From positions 2,250-66,249 of the forward strand of contig JAZDKF010000026.1 of NCBI GenBank assembly GCA_043803225.1: a DNA stretch of 64,000 nucleotides, written 5' to 3'. Source of the DNA: Candidatus Beckwithbacteria bacterium. Its GTDB lineage: Bacteria > Patescibacteriota > Microgenomatia > UBA1400 > CG1-02-47-37. The notes beneath the pieces were generated by a model. It was not told where the DNA came from. It saw only the letters and a program-made list of their open reading frames with translations, and ran no database searches. Below, in pieces: positions 8,774-18,347 of the stretch. The first letter of the stretch is position 1. Each line of letters opens with the position of its first letter. The position numbers and the translations under genes were made by a program.

Positions 8774-9898
8774 ATGTCAAGTAGTATAGTTATAGGTAAA
8801 ATAATTGCTTTAATTTTAAAAATTTTTTCTTCCCGCGGCGGAACTGCCCTCCCGGGTTTAATTGCTTTAAAACTTAACCCAAGTTTAATTAATCAAATTA
8901 TTAAGAAAAACCAACTTTTTTCTATTATCATAACCGGTACCAATGGTAAAACCACTACCTGCCGGCTTTTAGGAAATATTCTTAAAACATCTGGTTTAAA
9001 CTATATTCATAATCGTAGTGGTTCAAATCTGCTTCGGGGTATTGCCTCTACTTTAATTAATCAAACTAATATTCAGGGAAAACTTAAAGCCAAATATGCA
9101 ATCTGGGAGGTTGACGAAGCTGCTGTCAAAACTGCTATTTCTCAAGTTCAGCCTAAAATTGTTCTTTTTAATAATTTAAGCCGGGATCAGTTAGACCGCT
9201 ATGGCGAACTTGATGCTGTAATTCACTCCTGGCAGTCTGGCATCAACTCTTTACCTTCAACCAGCCTGGTTTTCATTAATCAGCTTGATCCTCGTTTGAA
9301 AAATCTTCGAGCCAAAAACTTAAAACCTTTTGGCCAAACCCTTAATTCTGGTCAGTTCTTTCAGGCTAATCTTCAAGCCGCAACTGCAATCGCTCAAGTT
9401 CTTAAAATCAACTCAAATAAAATTTCTAAAGCTGTTAAAGATTTTAAACCGGCTTTTGGTCGGGGAGAAGTCTTTACTTTTAGAAAACGCCAGATTCGAC
9501 TGACTCTGGTTAAAAATCCTTCAGGGTTTAATGCGGTTCTTGATTGGCTAAGAAATCAAAACTATTTAGACCAGCCTCTTCTCCTAATCTTAAACGATTG
9601 TCTGGCAGACGGCACTGATGTTTCCTGGATCTGGGATGTTAATCTAGAAATTCTCCAAAACCGTTCTCAGCCAATTATTATTGCCGGCCTTCGCTCTTTT
9701 GATCTGGCTTTAAGGCTTAAATATGCCGGCGTTAATCCAAATCTGCTTCAAGTTCAACCTTCAATTTCCCATGCCTGGAATGACTTGATCGCTTTAAAAG
9801 GCCCAGTTGCAAACATCCTGCCTACCTATACTGCCATGCTCGAGTTAAGGCATTTTTTAAGTCGCCAAAAAATTATTCATCCCAGCTGGCAGGATTAA
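8774..9898 (+). CDS. murT: lipid II isoglutaminyl synthase subunit MurT (Mur-ligase family)
   Basis: Contains the Mur ligase P-loop ITGTNGKTTT and a C-terminal DUF1727-like region. It is immediately followed by gatD. Confidence 0.75.
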   Translation: MSSSIVIGKIIALILKIFSSRGGTALPGLIALKLNPSLINQIIKKNQLFSIIITGTNGKTTTCRLLGNILKTSGLNYIHNRSGSNLLRGIASTLINQTNIQGKLKAKYAIWEVDEAAVKTAISQVQPKIVLFNNLSRDQLDRYGELDAVIHSWQSGINSLPSTSLVFINQLDPRLKNLRAKNLKPFGQTLNSGQFFQANLQAATAIAQVLKINSNKISKAVKDFKPAFGRGEVFTFRKRQIRLTLVKNPSGFNAVLDWLRNQNYLDQPLLLILNDCLADGTDVSWIWDVNLEILQNRSQPIIIAGLRSFDLALRLKYAGVNPNLLQVQPSISHAWNDLIALKGPVANILPTYTAMLELRHFLSRQKIIHPSWQD

Positions 9899-9899
9899 T

Positions 9900-10619
9900 A
9901 TGGAATTGATTTTAGCCCATCTTTATCCCAAATTAATGAATATCTACGGGGATCAAGGCAATGTCATTGCTCTAAAATATCGCTGCCAACAACGTCAAAT
10001 TAAACTGATAGTTAAACCAATTGAAATTAACACTTCTTTGCCTTCAGGCAGCTTTGATCTCTTGTTTGCCGGAGGCGGTCAGGATCAACAACAAGCCTTA
10101 ATCAGCCAAGATCTAATCTCTCGAAAAAAAGTTTTAACCCAAGCTTTAAATCACCAAATTCCCATGCTGACTATCTGCGGCAGTTACCAACTCTTTGGCG
10201 CATATTTTAAGCCTTTTAATGGTCCCAAACTTTTGGGTTTAAACTTATTTGATGCCTATACCCAAGCATCCAGAAATAGAAAAATTGGCAACATTATTGT
10301 TGATTCTAATTTTGGCAAGCTTGTTGGCTTTGAAAACCATTCAGGCAACACTTTTTTATCCGGTTCAACCAAACCACTGGGCCGGGTTATTAAAGGCTTT
10401 GGTAATAATGGCCAGGATAAAACCGAAGGGGCGATTAAACAAAATCTTTTCGGCTGTTATCTTCATGGCTCGCTGCTGCCAAAAAATCCGGTTTTTTGTG
10501 ATTTTTTAATTAAAACCGCGCTTGAAAACAAATACCAATCAGTTAAACTTGAAGCCTTGTCTAATGAATTGGAAATTCAGGCTCGCCAACAGGCTTATCC
10601 TCTGGTAAAATACTTGTAA
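9900..10619 (+). CDS. gatD: lipid II isoglutaminyl synthase glutaminase subunit GatD (CobB/CobQ-like GATase)
   Basis: N-terminus LYPKLMNIYGDQGNVIALKYR matches the GatD family. A catalytic Cys is present in the TICGSYQ context. Confidence 0.75.
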   Translation: MELILAHLYPKLMNIYGDQGNVIALKYRCQQRQIKLIVKPIEINTSLPSGSFDLLFAGGGQDQQQALISQDLISRKKVLTQALNHQIPMLTICGSYQLFGAYFKPFNGPKLLGLNLFDAYTQASRNRKIGNIIVDSNFGKLVGFENHSGNTFLSGSTKPLGRVIKGFGNNGQDKTEGAIKQNLFGCYLHGSLLPKNPVFCDFLIKTALENKYQSVKLEALSNELEIQARQQAYPLVKYL

Positions 10620-10628
10620 TCTTCTTTT

Positions 10629-10711
10629 GCCAGGGTGGTGAAATGGTAGACACGCAGGATTTAGGATCCTGTAACCGCAAGGTTGTGGAGGTTCAACTCC
10701 TCTCCCTGGCA
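10629..10711 (+). tRNA. tRNA-Leu(UAG)
   Basis: 83 nt. Acceptor GCCAGGG/CCCUGGC, anticodon stem CAGGA/UCCUG with loop UUUAGGA, long variable arm, T-arm GGAGG-UUCAACU-CCUCU. Confidence 0.88.
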
Positions 10712-10742
10712 CTTCGCTTGGCTCAGTGCAAGCACATAAACT

Positions 10743-11858
10743 ATGTTAAATTTTTTAAAAAACTTAAACAACAACTTAAATTTATTTTCGGCTTTAGCCA
10801 AGAAGCTTAAATCACTGGTTGTCTGGCTGAAAAAAAGAAAGCTGTTTACCATATTTTTAATAATCGTAATTTTTAGCTTGTCTTTTTTCGGTTATAAAAA
10901 ATTTGGGCCCCATAATTTAAACGACCGGTATGAATTCGGTCAAGTTATCCGTCAGGATATCACCAAAACCATTTCTGCTTCTGGCAAAATCAAGTCTCAA
11001 ACTCAAGTTGATTTAAAATTTCAAACTTCCGGTCAGCTTGCCTGGATTGGAGTTAAAGAAGGCGATTATGTTAGAAAGTGGCAGGCGCTTGCCAGCCTGG
11101 ATCTTCGTCAGCTGCAAAAAACCTTGGAAAAATACTTGCTTGATTACTCTAAAGAAAGAAACGACTGGGATGAAGATAAATTAATTACTTATCGTGACAC
11201 GGTTATAACCGATACCTTAAAACGTTTAATCGAAAAAAACCAGTTTGACCTGCAAAAAGCTGTTTTGGATGTTGAACTTCAAGACATCTCCTTAAAGTAT
11301 GCCACTTTAATTACTCCAATCAGCGGTATTGTTACCCATATCGATATCCCGGTTGCTGGCATCAACATTACTCCTGCAACCGCGGTTTTTACTGTCGCTG
11401 ACCCGGATCAGCTTGTTTTTGAAACAATTATTGACGAAGTTGACATTGGCCAGCTGACAGTTGGCCAAACTGCTCAACTGGTATTAGATGCGTATCCGAA
11501 CGAAACCATCAATCTGACTCTTGATTCAATTGATTTTACTAGTACCTTGGACACCTCTGGCAGTACTGTCTTTTTAGTAAAATTTAATCTCCTAAACACC
11601 CCTGAAAAAAAGTTCAAACTCGGAATGAATGGAGAAGTCACTATTACGGTTGCTCAAAAATCAGCTGTTTTAGCTATCCCTTTAACCGCGGTGATTGAAG
11701 ACGACCAAACCACAGTTCAAATGATTAACAATAAACAAATCATCAGTCAACCAATTACTTTAGGCATAACCAATGATGAATTTGTTGAAGTTACTTCTGG
11801 ATTAACTGAAAATCAAACCATTATTATCGGTCAAAAAGCTAAAAAATCTTTTGAATGA
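10743..11858 (+). CDS. HlyD/MacA-family periplasmic adaptor (efflux membrane fusion protein)
   Basis: N-terminal TM segment, coiled-coil regions and a beta-barrel domain. Its stop overlaps the next gene. Confidence 0.75.
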   Translation: MLNFLKNLNNNLNLFSALAKKLKSLVVWLKKRKLFTIFLIIVIFSLSFFGYKKFGPHNLNDRYEFGQVIRQDITKTISASGKIKSQTQVDLKFQTSGQLAWIGVKEGDYVRKWQALASLDLRQLQKTLEKYLLDYSKERNDWDEDKLITYRDTVITDTLKRLIEKNQFDLQKAVLDVELQDISLKYATLITPISGIVTHIDIPVAGINITPATAVFTVADPDQLVFETIIDEVDIGQLTVGQTAQLVLDAYPNETINLTLDSIDFTSTLDTSGSTVFLVKFNLLNTPEKKFKLGMNGEVTITVAQKSAVLAIPLTAVIEDDQTTVQMINNKQIISQPITLGITNDEFVEVTSGLTENQTIIIGQKAKKSFE

Positions 11859-12544
11859 CTCAACCGCTAATTCAGCTTGATCAAGTCTGTAAAACCTATT
11901 ATCTGGGCAGCGAAGCAGTTAAAGCCATTTGCAACCTCTCCCTAAAAATTTTTTCTCAGGAATATATAAGTATTTTAGGTAGCTCGGGTTGTGGCAAGTC
12001 TACTTTGATGTATTTAATCGGTTTGCTGGAAACTCCATCTCAAGGAAAAGTCTATTTAAACAACTGCGATATTAGTCAACTTAATGACTTTGAACTTTCC
12101 AAGTTAAGAAATGAGTCCATTGGTTTTATTTTCCAATCATTTAATTTAATTAATAAATACACTGTTTTAGAAAATGTCATGCTGCCGGCTAAATACTCCA
12201 AAATCAAACTTAAATTCAACCCTCAAACTAGAGCTCTGGATTTATTAAAAAAATTTAAAATCCTGGACCGGAAAGACTTTTTTCCCAATAAAATTTCCGG
12301 AGGCCAACAGCAGCGTGTCGCCATCGCCAGAGCCTTAATGATGAATCCGAAAATTATTCTAGCTGATGAACCAACCGGCAACTTAGACAGCCAAACCGGT
12401 AAAGACATTCTTAATTTAATCGATAACTTAAATCAGGAATTTAACACTACGGTTATCACCGTTACCCACGATAGATTCGTGGCTAAAAGAGCTCAACGCC
12501 AGATCTATCTTAAAGACGGCCGGGTAACAAAAAAATATTTATGA
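11855..12544 (+). CDS. ABC transporter ATP-binding protein (MacB/LolD/FtsE-like)
   Basis: Walker A motif [12 protein letters not shown] signature [15 protein letters not shown], Walker B motif [11 protein letters not shown]. Confidence 0.88.
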   Translation: MTQPLIQLDQVCKTYYLGSEAVKAICNLSLKIFSQEYISILGSSGCGKSTLMYLIGLLETPSQGKVYLNNCDISQLNDFELSKLRNESIGFIFQSFNLINKYTVLENVMLPAKYSKIKLKFNPQTRALDLLKKFKILDRKDFFPNKISGGQQQRVAIARALMMNPKIILADEPTGNLDSQTGKDILNLIDNLNQEFNTTVITVTHDRFVAKRAQRQIYLKDGRVTKKYL

Positions 12545-13752
12545 AGTTCCATCAAACTCTAGATTCGTTCCAAACCGCCATGGCGACTTTTAAGCGTAAT
12601 AAAGTCCGAACCATTTTAACCTCTTTGGGAATTATGATCGGCGTCTTATCTGTCGTTTTGCTAATCGCTTTAGGTTTGGGCTTAAAAAATTATTTAAAAC
12701 AGCAGTTTGAAAGTCTTGGTTCTAATTTAATTATCGTTTTCCCTGGTAATGTTTTTAATCAGGAAGCTGGCGCCGGCGGTGGTTTTGGTCCCGGTTTTGC
12801 CGGTGGCGCCGACTTTGACGAAAAAGACTACCTCAGCTTAAAAAAAATTCCTGAAGCCGATTACGTTGTTCCGATCTACTTCAAAAGCTCTGCTATCGAG
12901 TATCAAAACGAAAAATACTTAGGTTATATCCAAGGTGCCAACGAAGCTGTTTTTAGTCTTTTAAATTTAAAACCAATCACTGGCAGATTATTTACCCGAA
13001 CTGATGTTCAAAAACGTTCTAAAGTCGGTTTGCTCGGTTATGCTTTAGCCTCAAAACTCTTTATGAACCCTGAAAAGGCCATAGGAAAAACTGTTAAAGT
13101 CGGAAATCTTAGAATCATAATTATCGGCGTTTTAGAGAAAAAAGGCGATCGGGAAATGGATAATGGCTTAGTTATTCCCTACAAAACTACCTTTGGCACT
13201 CTTAATCCGGATAAAACCTTTTTCACCATTTACTTAGGCACTAATGATGAAACCAAAGTTGAAATCTTAAAAGCTAAAGCTAAAGCCGTTTTGTTAAAAC
13301 GCTACGAAGATGACGAGTTTTCTGTTACCGAACAAACTGAAATTCTTACTACTGTCAATCAAATTTTTGCTATTGTCAATGCTATTCTGGTCGCCATCGG
13401 TTCAATTTCGCTCTTAGTCGGCGGTATCGGTATTATGAATATTATGTACGCGACTGTTACCGAAAGAACTAAAGAAGTTGGTATTCGTCGTAGTTTAGGC
13501 GCTACTCAAAAAGACATCTTAACTCAATTTCTATCCGAAGCAGTAATCTTATCTGTTTTTGGCGGTTTTATCGGTTTACTTTTAGCCGCTCTTATTGTTT
13601 TGGGTATTCATTCATTTTTTCCCGCTTCTATCAATCTGATCTCCGTGGTTCTGGCTTTTTCTGTCTCGACTATTATCGGTATCTTTTTTGGTGTCTTTCC
13701 TGCCAGACGGGCGGCTCAACTCACTCCGATTGAAGCCATTCGTTACGAATAA
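12541..13752 (+). CDS. ABC transporter permease (FtsX/MacB-type)
   Basis: 403 aa with a single N-terminal TM segment, a large periplasmic domain and a C-terminal FtsX-like four-TM bundle. Confidence 0.8.
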   Translation: MKFHQTLDSFQTAMATFKRNKVRTILTSLGIMIGVLSVVLLIALGLGLKNYLKQQFESLGSNLIIVFPGNVFNQEAGAGGGFGPGFAGGADFDEKDYLSLKKIPEADYVVPIYFKSSAIEYQNEKYLGYIQGANEAVFSLLNLKPITGRLFTRTDVQKRSKVGLLGYALASKLFMNPEKAIGKTVKVGNLRIIIIGVLEKKGDREMDNGLVIPYKTTFGTLNPDKTFFTIYLGTNDETKVEILKAKAKAVLLKRYEDDEFSVTEQTEILTTVNQIFAIVNAILVAIGSISLLVGGIGIMNIMYATVTERTKEVGIRRSLGATQKDILTQFLSEAVILSVFGGFIGLLLAALIVLGIHSFFPASINLISVVLAFSVSTIIGIFFGVFPARRAAQLTPIEAIRYE

Positions 13753-13778
13753 ATTACCAAATCTGCTATAATCCCGTT

Positions 13779-14657
13779 ATGACTAAATCTGTTGATGCCG
13801 CTAAATTAACCTGGTTACCGAAAAAAACTTTTCAACTGGAATTTTCCGTTCCCTGGGATCAGGTAAAAAAAACCTATGATCAGGTTTTAAATCAACTGAC
13901 CAAAACTGCTAAAATTGAAGGTTTCCGGCCTGGTAAAGCTCCAAAAGACATGGTCGAAAAATCTATAGATAAGGGTAAACTCTATGGCGAAGTCATTAAC
14001 CAACTCTTACCTCTCTCTTATGCCCAAGCCATTTCCCAGCATCAAATAAAACCAGCTGTTTCACCTAAAATTACGATTATTAAAGCTGAAGAAAATCAAC
14101 CCTGGCAATTTAAGGCCGTCAGTTGCGAACTGCCGGAATTTAAACTAGGCGATTATACTGCTAGTGCTAAGGGCGCTTTGGCTAAATCAAAACTCTGGAC
14201 TCCGGACAAAGGCGACCCGACTAAAAAACAAGACAAAGAATTAACAGCCACTCAAAAATTAAATCTTATCAGCCAAGCTCTGATTACTGATACTAAAATT
14301 GAACTTCCGGATCTGTTAATCGAAACCGAAACTAATCGGTTACTTGCTAAATTATTGGATCAAATTCAAAAACTAGGACTAACCATTGACCAATATGCCG
14401 CTTCAAACAATAAAACCATAGATCAGCTAAAGACCGAATACCATTTAACTGCCGAAAACACCTTAAAACTGGAGCTGATTCTTCAAGCCATTGCTCAAGA
14501 TAAAAAATTCAAAGTTGAAGACAAAGACATTGATGCTTTAATTAATGCCAGTGGTGACGAAAAAGTGAAAAAACAGCTTCAATCTCCATCCGAACGTGCT
14601 TATCTTGCTTCTATCTTAAAAAAACGCCAAGCCATTGACTACCTGCTTAGCTTATAG
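13779..14657 (+). CDS. tig: trigger factor (short form, ribosome-binding N domain plus C domain; PPIase domain apparently absent)
   Basis: Contains the TF signature EGFRPGKAPK. At 292 aa it is about 140 aa shorter than canonical trigger factor. Confidence 0.75.
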   Translation: MTKSVDAAKLTWLPKKTFQLEFSVPWDQVKKTYDQVLNQLTKTAKIEGFRPGKAPKDMVEKSIDKGKLYGEVINQLLPLSYAQAISQHQIKPAVSPKITIIKAEENQPWQFKAVSCELPEFKLGDYTASAKGALAKSKLWTPDKGDPTKKQDKELTATQKLNLISQALITDTKIELPDLLIETETNRLLAKLLDQIQKLGLTIDQYAASNNKTIDQLKTEYHLTAENTLKLELILQAIAQDKKFKVEDKDIDALINASGDEKVKKQLQSPSERAYLASILKKRQAIDYLLSL

Positions 14658-14707
14658 TAAAATTCTTAAATTATTAGCTATTACATTTGCCTGCCTAAAT
14701 TTCAGGC

Positions 14708-15274
14708 ATGACTACCAATAAAATGGATCCATTCCAAACTTCAAAAAAGAAAAAATCAGCGCCTAAGTACCAAAACTTTCTTGAGGCTTTTAAGGATATT
14801 GGAACGGCTAAAACTGCTTCCAATCAATCTTCCTCTGATGAATTCTTTAATTTTGAGGAGTTTTTAAATCAACAAGAGCAAAAAATTAGAAATCAGGAGC
14901 GTACCCGTTTTGAAGCTATTAGACGAGAAGAACAGGTAATTTTTTCCCGCGAACAAAACCAAGTAAAAACTCAAATTGAAACCATCCAGGTTCAAATTAA
15001 AGAACTCGTTAAAGAGCAAGTCGGTTTAATGGAAGAGATTGATAAAACTGCTTTTCAGGCTGTAGTTAATCCTGGGAAGTATCATCAAAATTTCTTTGAA
15101 CGCTTACTTCATTTAATTAAACTGGCGCGGAAAAAAGTGGTTGAATCGCGAACTTGGTTGCAGATGCATAATCACCGTAGTCAATGTAAGTCTGCTTACT
15201 GGCAAGGGGTTAAAAAAGGTGGTACCAGCTTTATGCTGTCATCCGACCGAACCGTGGCTACCCAATCCGGCTAG
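14708..15274 (+). CDS. hypothetical coiled-coil protein
   Basis: 188-aa ORF with charged, helical composition and no recognisable motif. Confidence 0.35.
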   Translation: MTTNKMDPFQTSKKKKSAPKYQNFLEAFKDIGTAKTASNQSSSDEFFNFEEFLNQQEQKIRNQERTRFEAIRREEQVIFSREQNQVKTQIETIQVQIKELVKEQVGLMEEIDKTAFQAVVNPGKYHQNFFERLLHLIKLARKKVVESRTWLQMHNHRSQCKSAYWQGVKKGGTSFMLSSDRTVATQSG

Positions 15275-15412
15275 ACGAAATTACTGTTGATCTTTCTTTT
15301 TTCTCTAATTATATCTACAAGTTTTGTATCTATTGACTTTATTTTTATAATTTTATTTTAAGCGTCTGGTATTACCTGTCAAGATTTGGTAAAATTTACT
15401 ATATATAATAAA

Positions 15413-15487
15413 GGACGGTTAGCTCAGCTGGTTCAGAGCGCTTCATTGACATTGAAGAGGTCACAGGTTCAAATCCTGTATCGTCCA
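15413..15487 (+). tRNA. tRNA-Val(GAC)
   Basis: 75 nt. Acceptor GGACGGU/AUCGUCC, D-arm GCUC..GAGC, anticodon stem CUUCA/UGAAG with loop UUGACAU, T-arm ACAGG-UUCAAAU-CCUGU. Confidence 0.88.
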
Positions 15488-15490
15488 CTT

Positions 15491-17257
15491 ATGAAACAAA
15501 ACTTACTTGCCTTAAGGCATACCTGCGAACATGTTCTGCATCAGGCCATGACTGACCTGTATCCCGGTTTGCTCCGGGCGATGGGACCGGCTACCGATGA
15601 TGGTTTTTATCATGATTTTGATTATCACCAGAAAATTACTGATTTAGACTTCCCCAAAATCGAAGCCAGGATGCAGGCGCTGATCCGGGCTGACTTGCCT
15701 CTTGTTCGCCAAATAATCACTTACGATCAGGCTAAAAAAATCTTTGCCCGTAATCCTTATAAATTAGACTGGCTGGAGCGGATTAAACAAAAAGGTGAAA
15801 AGATCATCATTTACACCACCGGCAAACCTGGTGAGCCTCAAGCCGATGTTGATCTTTGTTCCGGACCGCATGTTAAATCAACCGGTGAAATTAAAGCCTT
15901 TAAACTTTTATCTGTTGCCGGCGCTTATTGGCATGGCGATGAAAAAAATAAAATGCTTACAAGGATTTACGGAACGGCTTTTTACTCCCAGCAAGAACTA
16001 GTGGAGCATTTGCACAATCTGGAAGAAGCCAAAAAACGCGATCACCGGCTTTTAGGCAAAAACCTGGATTTATTTGTTTTTTCCGATTTGATTGGTAAAG
16101 GTTTACCCATATTAACTGCCAAAGGCGCCACGATCAGAAGGGAACTAGAACGTTTTACTGTTGACGAAGAAATAAAACGCGGCTATCAGCATGTTTATAC
16201 TCCGGTTCTGGCCAAAACTGAACTTTATAAAACCTCCGGCCATTATCCCTATTATAAAGACACCATGTATCCGACCATGAAAGTCGACGATGAAGAACTG
16301 ATTTTAAGACCGATGACCTGTCCGCACCACTTCTGTCTCTATAACTCCCATCCCAGAAGCTATAAAGACCTTCCCTTCAGAATTGCCGAGTTGGCTCCCC
16401 AATTCCGTTATGAAAAAAGCGGCGAATTAAGCGGTCTGATGCGTGTTCGCACCTTTTGTTTAGCTGATGCCCATATTATGGTTACTAAACAACAAGCAAC
16501 CGCCGAAATTAAATCTGTGCTTGAATTAATCGATTTTATTAATCAAACTCTGGGGCTTAAGAAGGGGACTGATTACCGCTACCGGCTGTCTTTAGGTGAT
16601 CGAACCGATAAGAAAAAATATTACCAAGACAATCAGGCCTGGGATGAAGCCGAAGGAATTTTACGCCAGGTTTTAATCTCTACTAAAGCTCCGTTTTTTG
16701 AAGCCGCTAACGAAGCCGCTTTTTACGGGCCAAAAATCGACGTCCAGATAAAAAATATTGCTGGTAAAGAAGAAACCGCCTTTACTGTTCAATATGATTT
16801 TGTCATGCCCAAACGCTTTAAAATGACTTATACCAATAAGCAAGGCCGGCCTGAAGAACCGATTGTCATCCACCGTTCGTCTATCGGCGCCTTTGAACGC
16901 ACCATGGCTTTTTTAATTGAACACTATAACGGTAATTTCCCTACCTGGCTGGCTCCAGTTCAGGTAAAAATCTTACCCATCTCTGATAAATACTTAGTTT
17001 ATGCTCAATCAGTTTTTAAGGCATTATCTCAAGCTCACATCCGCGCTGAACTGGATGACCACAATGAATCTCTGGGAGCTAAAATCCGGGATGCTCAAAA
17101 AGAAAAAGTTAAGTATATGTTAATTGTTGGCGAGAAAGAAGCCAAATCAAAAACCGTTAGTATCCGTAATCGTGACGGTAAAGATCTTCAATCCAAACCG
17201 CTTGACCAATTTATTAATTCAATCCGCCGGGAAATTGATCAAAAACTAATTAACTGA
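15491..17257 (+). CDS. thrS: threonine--tRNA ligase (lacks N-terminal TGS domain)
   Basis: The start was moved to the ATG at 15491 because the upstream part of the ORF-track ORF is the tRNA-Val gene. It has the editing-domain HxxxH motif HTCEHVLH and a class II core. Confidence 0.88.
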   Translation: MKQNLLALRHTCEHVLHQAMTDLYPGLLRAMGPATDDGFYHDFDYHQKITDLDFPKIEARMQALIRADLPLVRQIITYDQAKKIFARNPYKLDWLERIKQKGEKIIIYTTGKPGEPQADVDLCSGPHVKSTGEIKAFKLLSVAGAYWHGDEKNKMLTRIYGTAFYSQQELVEHLHNLEEAKKRDHRLLGKNLDLFVFSDLIGKGLPILTAKGATIRRELERFTVDEEIKRGYQHVYTPVLAKTELYKTSGHYPYYKDTMYPTMKVDDEELILRPMTCPHHFCLYNSHPRSYKDLPFRIAELAPQFRYEKSGELSGLMRVRTFCLADAHIMVTKQQATAEIKSVLELIDFINQTLGLKKGTDYRYRLSLGDRTDKKKYYQDNQAWDEAEGILRQVLISTKAPFFEAANEAAFYGPKIDVQIKNIAGKEETAFTVQYDFVMPKRFKMTYTNKQGRPEEPIVIHRSSIGAFERTMAFLIEHYNGNFPTWLAPVQVKILPISDKYLVYAQSVFKALSQAHIRAELDDHNESLGAKIRDAQKEKVKYMLIVGEKEAKSKTVSIRNRDGKDLQSKPLDQFINSIRREIDQKLIN

Positions 17258-17275
17258 TACAATTCTCCTATCTAT

Positions 17276-17830
17276 ATGCAAAAATATTACAAACTCAACC
17301 AATATATTGTCGCTGCCGAACTCCGGGTGGTTGGACCGGATGAAAAACAGATCGGCGTCATGACCCGCGATGAAGCCATCTTTAAAGCCCGCCAGATGGG
17401 TATGGACTTAATCTTAGTCGCTGATAAAGCCAAACCGCCGGTGGCCAGAATTATTGATTTCAATAAATTTAAATATTTACAGGCGCAAAAGGAAAAAGAA
17501 GGCAAGAAAAAAACAGTTCGGACTGATACTAAAGAAGTGAGAATCACTCCCTTTATTGCTCAAGGGGACTTTCAGACTAGAATGAAACAAGTTAAAAAGT
17601 TTTTGGAACAAGGCCATAAAGTTAAATTAACGGTTAAGTTTACCGGCCGCCAGATTTCCCGCAAAGAATTTGGTGAACAACTCCTCCACAAATCTTGTCA
17701 AGAAGTGGTAGAATATGGAACGCAAGAGTCTCAACCCAAATGGCAAGGCAAACTTTTATGGGTAACTTTGGCTCCGATTAAAAATAAAAAAATGAAAAAT
17801 GAAAAAGAAAAACAAGGTCATCAAACTTAA
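17276..17830 (+). CDS. infC: translation initiation factor IF-3
   Basis: Contains RVVGPDEKQIGVM..ARQMGMDLILVA and the C-domain sequence VKLTVKFTGRQIS. Confidence 0.88.
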   Translation: MQKYYKLNQYIVAAELRVVGPDEKQIGVMTRDEAIFKARQMGMDLILVADKAKPPVARIIDFNKFKYLQAQKEKEGKKKTVRTDTKEVRITPFIAQGDFQTRMKQVKKFLEQGHKVKLTVKFTGRQISRKEFGEQLLHKSCQEVVEYGTQESQPKWQGKLLWVTLAPIKNKKMKNEKEKQGHQT

Positions 17831-18008
17831 AAGACGAACTTCAGTTACCAAACGGTTTCGTCTCACTGCTGGCGGCAAAGTCATGCGTCGCGGTTCTCAA
17901 AACCGGCACTTAAAACACAATCGTAGTAAAAAAAACACCCGGCGCAGTAATGTTCCTAAATCTGTTAATAATTATATGGCCATAAAAATCAAAAAAATGT
18001 TAGCTTAA
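17799..18008 (+). CDS. rpmI: 50S ribosomal protein L35
   Basis: Sequence is MKKKNKVIKLKRRTSVTKRFRLTAGGKVMRRGS..., a basic L35 pattern. Confidence 0.8.
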   Translation: MKKKNKVIKLKRRTSVTKRFRLTAGGKVMRRGSQNRHLKHNRSKKNTRRSNVPKSVNNYMAIKIKKMLA

Positions 18009-18011
18009 TAT

Positions 18012-18347
18012 ATGCGCGTCAAAACCGGCATCGTCCGTCACCGAAAACACAAAAAAATCTTGAGCTTAACCAAAGGCTATCGGATGTCCAAAAACCGGTT
18101 GATCAAAGTGGCTAAAGAAGCCAGCCTTCATGCCGGTCAATATGCTTATCACGGTCGCCGCTTAAGAAAACGCAACTTCCGCACTCTTTGGATTCAGCGG
18201 ATTAACGCCGCCTTAACTGATACTGATATGAAATACTCCCGCTTTATTAAAACTCTCAAAGATAAAAAAATTATTCTTGACCGGAAAATTTTAGCCGATT
18301 TAGCTGTTAAAGATCCGGATACTTTTAAGTTCATCTGTGGAATCTAA
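18012..18347 (+). CDS. rplT: 50S ribosomal protein L20
   Basis: Begins MRVKTGIVRHRKHKKIL...AYHGRRLRKRNFRTLWIQRINAA. Confidence 0.9.
   Translation: MRVKTGIVRHRKHKKILSLTKGYRMSKNRLIKVAKEASLHAGQYAYHGRRLRKRNFRTLWIQRINAALTDTDMKYSRFIKTLKDKKIILDRKILADLAVKDPDTFKFICGI

Noticed and set aside
10661-10852. Minus-strand 63-aa ORF
   Set aside because: It overlaps tRNA-Leu(UAG) and the start of the HlyD-family gene. It has no RBS or motif and is likely spurious. The many other short antisense ORFs nested in large genes are treated the same way, for example 2785..2985, 3025..3225, 3247..3665, 12223..12408, 16673..16873, 43647..43926, 47273..47490, 48431..48691, 49486..49764 and 50377..50610.
15386-15490. 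N-terminal 35 aa of ORF 15386..17257
   Set aside because: Translation of tRNA-Val(GAC). thrS starts at 15491.
17799-17830. 32-nt same-strand overlap between infC and rpmI as a feature of interest
   Set aside because: It is probably just ambiguity in the rpmI start. Short overlaps are the norm in this genome, so it is not highlighted.
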